A DNA stretch of 64,000 nucleotides from contig NC_092352.1 of assembly GCF_963676685.1 (NCBI RefSeq), positions 79,236,001 through 79,300,000 of the forward strand. The letters are read 5' to 3'. Position numbers and translations under genes: made by a program. Positions 26,001 through 38,000 of this stretch are shown in pieces (within the stretch, counting starts at the first letter, position 1; each line of letters opens with the position of its first letter). The notes under the pieces were generated by a model. The model was not told the DNA's origin and searched no databases. It saw only the letters and a list, made by a program, of their open reading frames with translations. Source of the DNA: Mytilus edulis (taxonomy: Eukaryota).

Positions 26001-29000
26001 TTTAAGAAATAATTGATGCCAGCTATACTTTATTGTAGTTTTAACATGGGTAGGCATTATATTCGTGATTATTTTTGCCAGAGCGATAGCGAGGGCTAAA
26101 ATAACACGAATATAATGCCTACCCATGTTAAAACTAAAATAAAGTATAGCTGGCATCAATTATTTCGATTCTGATTAGGACAATTACGGTAATTTCTATG
26201 TTCGCTGTGTATAAGTGTACGATCTTCGTGTAGGCTCTTCCATCAACCTCGCTGTCGATTTTTATCCAACTAGTTCAAACCAGTTTAATTTCGCAAAGTT
26301 GTAGGTTTCTAAAATTCAAAATTGAAACAGAAATTAACAAATTAATTTATCAGCCTAACTAAAACAATATTTGAGTCACAATATAACAGAAAATTTATAT
26401 TACAACAGTCTTTTCCTTTGAGGTCAATTTCTGACACGCACATTTTCAAGTCAGTTGTCAATGGCGGTGGACGCACAAGGAGAATCGGGTAGGTCTTTAT
26501 TTTACTAAATTAATCGTAAATATTTCGCCGGTTAATAGTGTAGCATTGGTAAATATGTTTATATTTGATAGAGGATTCCTTGATAAAGTTGTGCTGACAT
26601 TTGAGACTTGGAAGGAGGGGCCCTTTGACAGAGATCCATTTATACTTGCGGTGGCTACACCTTGTAAAGTTGATCAAAGGGCACGCCTTTGTGCATCTGA
26701 CGATTTCAAATGCTGTATTACATGATGATTAAAATTAATACTGGGTGACAATCTTGTTGCATTTGTAAAATGGATTGGAAACCTTGGTGGTATATTGGTA
26801 ATTACGCCTATTTTTTTTTATAGGAGAATGGGGTTCGATTCCCTGATAGGGTCAATCCATTTTATCAGAAATATATGAAACAATTTTGTCATTTCAGTAC
26901 AACAGTAATAATAACCTATACTTGATTTTATATTTTATCATCGGAACATATATTTCAATGAAATTATTCTATACAATGACATGCCTTTTTAAAAGGAGAG
27001 ATGAAACGTGTTTTTCAGAGGGAGGGGTTTTGAAGTTAGAACAGCCAACATGAACGATGCGGTATCTAGGTCAAATATGTCAATTACGAATTGTAACACA
27101 TTGTTGTCATTGTAAAAGTATAAGGAACAAAATGTGTATCATTTTAGTGTTTGAAAGTGGTTTAATTTAAGGAAATACATTAAATGCATATCAATTTGAC
27201 GAAATTCATTTTTCTGCCGTAGTCAATATACGCATGTGCAAACTAATTTTATTGGATAATAAAGTATGGTTTCTTTACAAAGCTTAAGAAGCACGTCATA
27301 TTAGAATTCTTTTTATTATTATTATTTTCATTCTAATTATCATTATTATTATTATTATAATTCCTATTATTATTAGGACTATATATTCAGCATAAAATAT
27401 TACTTGAAAAACAAAAGCATAATACATTCCATAAATTAGTTGAAAACAGGTTTGTTATCATTAAATAGTAATATGTAGTGATTTGTTTTATTTCAGGAAC
27501 CGAGTCTGACGGAATGCAGTTTGGGAGTACTTGTTCAGCAATTCAGTTTGATGAATCAATGAAAAAAAGTCAAAGCAAATACACAAAATGCAGTTCAACT
27601 TTGAACTATATCTGTGAAGGCTATAACAAGACAAGTACGTTTCAAAATGCCTTGTCACAAATCTCAAAATGTGGCTACTTATATTTAGTGTTTTATTCTA
27701 TTTTAAAAAAACAAGATATCAATTTTGCATGATGGTTATATGAGGAGATTATATACAAAAGGAAATAATTAGATAATAGTGACGATGAAATGAATATGCA
27801 AACTGAAATAGGTACGTCATTCTGGTTGATAAACAATGATTGTTTTGGAAATAAGTGCAACCAGAACGTATGTTGCAATTCCAACCTTTTAAAAAATGAA
27901 TAATCCGTCACTCAATTTCCGCGAAATGTCCAACAATATCATAAAGACATAAGAGCTACATGTCCGCAGATGAGTAGCAATTTACATGTTTAACGTGTTA
28001 TCAAATGCCTCATGAAAGAATCTGGCAATGTTTATATCATACTGAATAAAATGTGTTGCTCTAGACGTACTACAGTGTTAGTAATTAAATGCAAACCACA
28101 TTCCTATTGTGTGAGATACAAAAAGACAGTTCGATAAAATATAACACACGTATGATTTGTTATTTGGATTGCAATTCTTTTATGGCTGTTTTTACTTCAA
28201 AACATATTTGAATCCTAAATCGATTTTCTTTTCTTCTTCTTCCTTATTTAAGTGACATAGATTTGATAGTCAGGGCTGTATATGGACATTGTAGAGTATG
28301 AATGAGACATTAATGTATTCGATAAGTATAAGTTAAACGCAATATTTAAAGTGTAAAAAGAACTAAATATGCATGTTGTGACATACTTGTTGGTAGCTAT
28401 ATAAACCTCACCGTTGTTTTTATTGCATGGCTAATCATAAAATATGAATGGACTGTCAGCGAAAGTTCAGTTTGAAGAACATGAACCAGTTTGACTTTTC
28501 TTCTTTCGCCCTTTTGATGTGTCCTAAAAATTGGTATTTGTCTGGACTGAAACCTTTTTTATTCTGGAGTGAAATAAGTAACGTTGTATAATCTTTTATA
28601 TAATAATAGATAAAGAATTATTTGTTTTGCTTTTTTGTGACGATTAATTAACTGATACGTTATAAGTAGGTTAAGACACTTATATATCAATATGCTTCTA
28701 TATATTTTAGATGGAATATACCCCAAAGAGTGTAATACGGATAGAGTTTCTTGGTATACCGCTCAGCAAAACTGTAAAGAAAAGGGTATGCAACTGACTA
28801 GTTATTTACCTGATACTAAATGTCTGCGAAAAAGAGATTTGTTTTGGGTTGGAAATCATGCTGATGAAAACATACAATGGGGAGAAAATAGTAAGTGCCT
28901 ACCTATGTGTCATTCACCAGTAAAAACAAACGTATGATTTACAAATTTTAACCAATATTTACATAATAGTTATTGAAAAACTGGTCGTTATCGTGATATA

Positions 29001-32000
29001 TGGACTGCCCACAGGACAGTGGTATTGACTGAGACAGCGATAATGACTGAGCCAAAGGCCACCGTCCTACGGGCTGTCCATATATCACGATAATGACCAG
29101 TTTTCAATAACTATTATCTTTAAGCTTGTCTACTGACAACAGTCGTCTTCAATTCGGTTAAAGACATACTTTTTTAGCGTTTTTGTTCAGGAATGACTTA
29201 TGAACCGTTGAACCAATACTATTCGATATAATATGTTGTTACTGATGTTATAATGGAAGTCAAAGATTTACTACCGGTCAGTTGTCATGATCCTTTATAC
29301 ATTTGTATACGACATAGATACTTTATGTCATTTCCATTCACTAACGCTTGACGCAGTCAACCAATGCTTATTCAACTTTTGATATACATTTATTGGTTCT
29401 GAAGAAAAAAAGAATATTGTGTACGACATTGACAATGTTCACTTTTGCCGTTCAGAACATTGATAAATTGGATAATAAGTACAGAACGCGGAAGGTCAAA
29501 CAAATTTGAAAGCGCTATATATACATGTAACATTATATCAATTTTTTTGCTAGATGCACTTCTAAGTGATTACCTTTAAGATATAGAAAAAAATAGATGC
29601 TGTTACTTGACAGCTCATTGCATGTTAAAAATACTTTTTCTTTGTCTGTACCAATCTGAATACTTAATGCTCCTCTACTATGTTTTTTATTCACTCTATC
29701 AAAACGAATCTACGGAATCAATATTTTCAATAAAAACAAAATAAACAATCACAGAGACTGATTACTAAAAAAGAAACGTAAGCATAAATGTTACTCTCTA
29801 TCCTTTTTAATATATCATAGATATTTCAAAACTTTAAGAATTTAGTGATTGATTATTTTTCTGTTTGTATATCTGTGTATTTCTTTTCTAATCATTACAC
29901 ATATATTTTTTCTTATATGTCTCAAATCTCGTTTTCACATTATCATTCAGGACATTTACCAGATGATGCGCTTTGTCTCAAGATAGTAATTAAAGGATCT
30001 GAAATTCGATTAGAAACAGAGAAGTGCAGGAGTCGACTAGGTTCTCTTTGTTGTGAGTTCATAATTTATTTCATTTGATCACTGTATGTATTCATTTTAT
30101 CAAATTTTATCAAATTGGCTTACTTAAAAGTTACCATAAAGATTTGAAGATATTGATTACAAATTACATTCCAAAAAGACAAATAGGCCTCGATAAGGTG
30201 TTCCCAATTTTAAGGATATACATTGTAAAAACCTAGGCAATCTAGCATGTTGCAGTTAATAACTAATGTTTGTTTTTATTGAATTACTTAAACTGTTGGG
30301 ATTGATAAATAATATATCTTTTTCAGCTTAACGTTTGAAAGGGTAATTTCAATCATGATAAAACAAGTGTTCAAGAACTCAAGTCAATATTAAATCATTT
30401 AGTTCTTGGTCAGCTTAACATTCAAAAACCTTAAATGTACCAAAAACAGTCCTGGCATGTAATGTTGTCATTTAAGTATTATATTTTACATGGCCATAAA
30501 GGCGGAAGGTTTGACTAGCCATAAACTATATTTAACCAACCATTTTTGTTTTCTTAAAATGTCCTGTACCAAGTCAGGAAAATGACAATTGTTATCTTAT
30601 AATTCGTTTCTGTGTATGTTGCATAGTCGTATGGTTTTTTGTTGCACTTTTAGTGTTTCTGTTGTTTTCCCTTTTATATTTGATATGTTTGCCTCATTTT
30701 TAGTGTGTAACCCTAATTTGTTTTCTCTCAATGGATATTTTGACATTCGAACTGCAGTAACTACTATTGCCTTTTATATAGCATATGTATTCCCGATATT
30801 GAAATACTTATTTCTGGTGCTAGTTTTTGACCGCATTATATTCATTTGGTTGTTTAACATTAATATCGAGCTTTATGCCCGTCAGTTTTTTGAATTAAAT
30901 TGATGTTTTGTTTAATTTGTTTCTATTTTTTCATTTATCAAAATAAGACTGCTGCATCAGTGTTTCATTGAGACTGCAACAAACGATTAATATCAAATTA
31001 TACCTGATCCTCATTTTTTGTCAATATACCTTTTGGACCTTTTAGATTATAGCTCTTCACTTTTTATATAAACTTTGGATTTCAAATATTTTGGCCACGA
31101 GCATCACTGAAGAGACATGTATTGTCGAAATGAGCATCTGGTGCAGAAAAATTTGTACCGTTAATGTTATTACTATCGATAAAACACAATTGTGTGGCAT
31201 ATTGGTAAACAAGTGTGTAGTCACGTCTACGTACAAACATATACATTCTTAATCCAATGTCATCCAAAATAGGTTTTACGGGAATAAATGTATTTATTGC
31301 TATGTTTTCCCTTTTTATATAAGTCATCTGTTAAGGTTATTTTGTCATACCCTGTAGTTCTCTTTATTCTTTTTTTGTTGTTATAGAATTAAAATGTGTC
31401 TTTACATCTATACAAGAAGACGCAAATTCTAACGTATTGTTTTCATTGTTTAATAGCCCATATTTCCGATTGATAAATGGATTGGAAGGATATTTTTTAT
31501 GGAATTGAATGTTGGTAATAGACATTCATATGATAACAAAACTCTGTTTGATTTCATATAGTTTTTCCCTTTGCTTTAACATGTTTAATGATTTATATCA
31601 TGTATATTTTGTCGCAGATACTTTCAACATCTCATCTGGCGACAAGGGAACTACGAACCCATACAGTTCAACCATTTCAGCGGTAGAAAATAGTTCTACA
31701 GGTGAGTGCTGTATATAAAAAAAAATGTAATTTAAAGTTATTTTCCATTTGTATTTTTTGTAATACCACCAAATCATAGTACATCACATACGGTTGTATA
31801 CGAAAATAGTCCGAAAAAAAAAACTTTGAGATACGGTGGTATTGTCACTAAATAGAAGCTCCTTCATAACATTGGATGTTACTAAAGGAGTAGGTCCGGC
31901 AAGGCCGATTTTGGCCTCAAATTTCAGGTTCATCTTACAAAAGATTTTAGAAATTTTTTTAACACTTAAGTGTCTATTCCAATCGATTCAATTAGTTTAG

Positions 32001-35000
32001 GTGAAAGATTTTAACTGATTTAGTCATGAAAAACGCTCCGATTTAAGCTTAAATATGACAAATCTATCAAATATGCCAAAAAACGTCAATTTTTAGATGG
32101 TTTTTGTCAAAATTGAAAGTGGCCACATCCGTGTTAATCCTTAACCTTTATATATGTTATGCAATATCATCAAATACAACTTACATTTCAATATTATGCA
32201 TGAACACAAATGCGGCAACTTTCATTTCAGACTGAAAAAATTGAACTAAAATGCTAAAATTGTGAAGATTTCGGTAATTTAGCATGAATAAATGATTCTA
32301 GTTCCCGGTATATGTGCATTGTATTGTCAAAAACAGCCCATATTTATGTAGCAGAAGCATTCTACTTTTCAGTTAATAGCTAGAAGATTACATTTTCACA
32401 ATTTTGTAAAACTGCTATATTTTGGGGCCAGAAAGGGGTATTGCTGAACCTACTCCTTTGTTTCTTGCAAAAAAAATGGTATAGAATAGTTGTTCCAACA
32501 TGACAGATGATATGGCATTGTAGATGAAAACGTGTGCAAATGTAAGACTGAACTCTTATATCCTGACAGTGTTATGATCGAACAAAGTAGTTAACGTATG
32601 CTTTCTTTCAAGTTTTTGTCGATGCTACGAGCTGGCCATAATTAGTCGAAAACTGTGTGCGTTTAGGTACATCAAGATTCAACAGCATTCGTTCATTTAT
32701 AGAACCGATGTATCAAGATCGATCTATTCCTCAAAATATCATGATTTTTTAATTGTACTTGTTTACACAAAAAAAAGAATCTAGACTTCAAACATAAAAA
32801 CTTTGTTCAATAATATATTAAAACATGATTTACGTTTATATACTAATAAAATTCAAAAAGGTGCATTCAATGCTTCAATGTCTAATTAAACTATAAGATA
32901 ATAAGAAAAATAAAATGTAAAAGTAATCTTACAGAAGGCTATATTTCTTGAATATTGCTCACCAAGAATGATCTACACCAATCTTTTGGAAGTAGAAAAA
33001 ATAACAAAGAAGCTACCAAAAAGGAATACAAAATATAATTAAAGGTATTATGTTGTTGAAAACCATCTATTGAAACTTGATATGTTTTAATTCCAAGATG
33101 ACCATTTTGATGTTTACGTAATGTTGTCGTATGAATATCTCGACCAGACTCTAAATGATACAGCAAGACAAACAACCCTTTTTTTATCATTCTTTATGTC
33201 GTACCGCTAATTCTTGTATAATTCAATTAATACTAAGCGTGGAGTAAATACGCATTTTTTTTTTTTTTTAAATAATGTAAACCAGAGTCAGCCATTTCAT
33301 TTTTTTAGCAAAGTGTTTATAGCAGAAAATTTTAATAAGATAATTATGATTGTTAAATTAAACTTTATCTTTACCATGAAATTTCATAAGAAATCTTTAT
33401 ATTTTTGTTTTAGTTCCAATTGTAGCTGGGAGTGTAGGGGGAATTCTAGGAATTGTGATCATCCTAGTGATTTTGATAGTTATCAAAAGAAGGTATACAT
33501 TCCCAATATGTTAGTTTGGTAAATTATATCATCGATAGGGGAGTTATATTATTTGACTGCTTTTATTGGTCGTGTAGAAGTTTGTATTTCAGTCTCAATT
33601 TACCTTTCTTGTATTTAAAAGAATTCAAAATTAAGAATAAATACATTCATCTAATAAGTTAAACACAAACCTACATTACAGCACTTTAGTCTAAATTGAA
33701 TGTTCTGTGGTTTGACTGACTTACAGTTAACTATGATACATTTAGTATAACAATGTTTTAAAGATAAATGTACTGAATAAAATGCCATTGAGACACTGAA
33801 CATTGTATAATTCTTATATCATTTGCATATCTATAAATACTTAAATTGGATTGGTCAATTCGAATTTTTCTCTTGGTTTACACTTCGATAACAGATGTTT
33901 CCTAAACTACTTTCGTAATCTATTTATGCGCGATACACATTCTTGCAGGGATACTGGGATTTTCAGCAAATTGCGATTACAAAACAATTGCATAATAGTT
34001 GTTTCTATTCTAATGCATATATAACCAAAACAAAATAGAAATAAAACAAATGCACTAAAGCTTCGAAAATGTATAAAAATAAGATTTAAATAAAATTCAG
34101 CGAAATTTTACGAAGGATTTGCCGAGTTTACTTTTTGGCATAACACGACGTCATACGGGTGAAAATTTTCAAGGGAAAGATTATTTCGTTACGTGTGCGC
34201 TTCAAATTTGGATAGTTATATTGAATAAACGTTAAATTCTCCCTCGCCATGCTCGTCCGAATTTAAAACATTTCTTTACTAAATCCTTGGTATAATAAAT
34301 AAAACAAAACTCTAGATATAGGTTTAGTTGCTCGCAGTAACTTCGTTTTTCTTTTCTAGTAAGCAATGTTTAATAACATTATAAACCAACATATTATAAA
34401 TACAAACACATTTGTCCAATACATTTAAATGGCCTATAATTAAACAATTCATAATCATATATATGTACACATTCTTATGACATAATAAACTGCAAAAACT
34501 GTCGTAGTTACTGTGAGCGAGCACTTTCGATAAATGACACCCGCAAATTTTCTTTATATAATATAACGGGACCCCACTTTTTAAACCGCCAAAGTATTTC
34601 ACGAGCATATTTTACCCATCTATATTTATAACCAAAACAAGAACTTGTTATACAACTACTCTCACTAACCAACCTTGAACTTATAAATAGTATCACAGGG
34701 GAAAAACCCCAAGTCTCAACGAAAAGAAATTTAATTAAATTCTCCCTCGCCATGCTCGTCCGAATTTAAAACATTTCTTTACTAAATCCTTGGTATAATA
34801 AATAAAACAAAACTCTAGATATAGGTTTAGTTGCTCGCAGTAACTTCGACATATCAAAGGAATAAATGAAATATGAATTAAATGCCAAGATTCAAAGAAA
34901 CTGCCATTTGTGATTGAATATTATCTTTTATGTAACCATCTTTAGATCTATCGGATGACCAACGACCGTGAGCTTTCAGTAATCTCTCTGAAATACCAAA

Positions 35001-38000
35001 ATTAGCTGCAGTAGAAGCCCCACCACTTCTTAAACTATGCAAACCAAATTTGCTCTTATCTAATCCTATAGATTCCAATGCCACAAGCAAAATCTCTCGT
35101 GCCCTAGTGTAAGAAAGTGGAGAATTCTTACTGCACAACTTATGAATGCCTCGAGTTTTTAAAAAACACAATGCGCGGAAAATATACTGATCAGAATCTA
35201 ACTCAATATTAGCTAACTGCATATATCTTAATAACCACTTAACGGGACAAAGATTTCCTCCGGTTTTAGAAATAATAACTGTACTACCTCGCCTATAAAT
35301 ATCGGTTTTACTCTTTTCTAAAAGAATAGACATATAACTAACAAAAAAGGTAATATGTTTTGCCTTTATAGCAGCTAATTCACTGTATCTTAGGAAACCT
35401 GAAAAACCTAATAAACATAACACGCATATTCTCAAACTAGACAAATCATTCTCTATACCATATTTAGAAATAATCATCTGTAAAATTTCTGGTGTGACTG
35501 GTTCTTTTTTATTTATGGGCTTACTTAAAATTCTTTTACCACCCTCGACAATCAAGGAAAGAAATTCATCTGAACAAGGATTGTCCTTAAAGTTCTTATC
35601 ATGATGCCATTTAATAGAATAATAATTAGCCTCCAAAACTGACACACTAATTCCTTGCTGAATGAGTCCACCAATATAAAGCGAAATAGTAGTAGATGTA
35701 GCTGGTGAATACTGTAGTCCGAACAAAACACACCATTTCCGAAATTTTTCAAAATAAATACGATATTTATTATTAGTAGACTTGGCTTTAGATGATTCTA
35801 TAATAGACGGTAACACTTCAATCACACTGGCTAATCTTGGATTATTGGCATAATCTTCAAACTGTTTCCATTGAGACTATAAATAGAAAAAAGAATAAAT
35901 GAAAATCAAAATTTTTGAATGATATCTGTATACATAAATTTAACTATACAACATTCCATGGTGCACTTTGCAACCAATCACATCGCTCCCAGCGACCTAA
36001 TAAATAATGTTCATACATTATAATAAATAATGTTCATACATTACAACATTCCATGGTGCAACTTTGCAACCAATCACGTCGCTCCCAGCGACCTAATAAA
36101 TAATGTTCATACATTACAACCTTCCATGGTGCAACTTTGCAACCAATCACGTCGCTCCCAGCGACCTAATAAATAATGTTCATACATAAAATTTCACACT
36201 CATTTGTAATTCATACATTTCATAAAATTAAACATTAGCTAAAATCAACTAACAGTACCAACACGTGACTGTTAAATGGCTGTTTTGCAAAAATACTGTT
36301 GTCATGTGATCCAGCCACAAAAAAGTTTTTTGGATTTTTATGTTCTCTAAAATCCTTTACAAATTTTTGATAAATGTCAGTAAAACGATCTACAATTCTA
36401 GGCCAAAAAATGGCAGACTTCCATTTCGGTACTACTAAAACACCTTTGGCTTTGCACATCTGCATATGATTGATTGCCCGAGTAATTAAATTAACAGGAG
36501 GAACTACCCAATTATTAAATTTTGACCAATCATATGCAAATGCATCTACACCTGATGTACCTGGAGTAAAAAAATTTGAAAAGAATACAGCTAATTTCTT
36601 ATTTCTGTCGTCTGCAAAAGTATCACAAGTAAATGGACCCCATAAAGAATTAAAAAAATTGAAAATATTTCGTTCCTAGGTATCCATTCTACTTCTAATA
36701 CTATATTGTTATTTAAACATATGTGAAAAATATCTAATGCTATAACTTGTAAGTCTAATTTCATGCTACCTTTCTGTACAATTTTAACAACATTCTGATT
36801 GTCTGTATAAAGTTTAATAAGTTTTCCGCATAACATTAATTGTAATGATTCTAATATATTTTTGACAGCTTTTAATTCTCTCCAAGTAGAACTCTTAATT
36901 CTGTCTTCCTTATCCCACATAAAATGTACAATATGGTTATCACCTACAGTAAAACCTGCGCCAGCATATTCACAAGCGTCTGAATATATAATTCGTTCAG
37001 GTAATCTAAACATCGGAGTTATACATTTAAAATATAATTTTTCGCACTGAAAATACCAAAATCTGAGTTCTTGTAAAATGTCGTCATTTAAATGTATAAA
37101 AGAATCCCAATATATCCTAGTGTTAATCATCATATGCAAATGTCTAGTCATAATTTGACAAATAGAACCCAATGCTGGTTTCATGGATATAATTTTACCA
37201 CAAACTTTAGCTAAATTTCTACAAGTTGGTCTAATCGTACCTTCTAATAATGCAGAAATGCACAATTTCAAACCCTGAAATTTTTTATTTGGTATTTCTA
37301 ATGTACTATTATATAAATTCCAAATAAATCCCAACCATTCAATACTCTGTTGTGGTGTCCACACGTTTTTAATTTCATTAGCAACAAAACCAGATTTTTT
37401 CAAATCAGCACGAATCTGATTAGCCATTTTTGTACATGTATCAAAATCAATAGCTAAACCAAAACCATCGTCTAAATAAACTATGATGGGATAACCCATA
37501 GATCTCCAATGTTTAACTAAAACTCTAACTGTCTTAGTGAAAATATGACCAGCTGATGATAAGCCGAATGGTAAAACAGAAAAAGTATAATATCTGATTT
37601 TGTTGCCAAATTTCCATGAAAAGCCTAAATATTTTTGGTGATCATCATGTATATCAATATGGTGATATCCCGACCGAAAATCAAATTTATACCCATATTC
37701 AGCGTTAACTGCATAATTTAACGCTTCATTAACACCCTCAAATTTCACCTTTTGTTTGTCAACATATTTATTAACATGACGTAAATCAAGTACTAATCTC
37801 ATTTTACCTGAACTTTGTACAGATACCGTTAAAGGGTTCACAACAAAAGGTGGACATGTGACTTCTTTAATACAATGTGAGTCAAGTAATTCGAATATGG
37901 ATTTTTCGACAATATCTGAATATTTAATAGCAGACATATTATTTCGTAAAAATGCCATATTCGGTTCACTAACAAAAGGTATTCTATATCCTAAATTTAT

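Noticed and set aside
30589-30903. Hydrophobic ORFs here and at 51544-52171
   Set aside because: They overlap a common dispersed repeat (AAATGTCCTGTACCAAGTCAGGAA family); the hydrophobicity reflects T-richness.
34324-34753. Short ORFs repeated at 38983-39171
   Set aside because: They are incidental frames within the non-coding A repeat.
35948-36187. CRISPR-like array
   Set aside because: The units are head-to-tail with no unique spacers, there are no cas genes, and the context is a eukaryotic retrotransposon.
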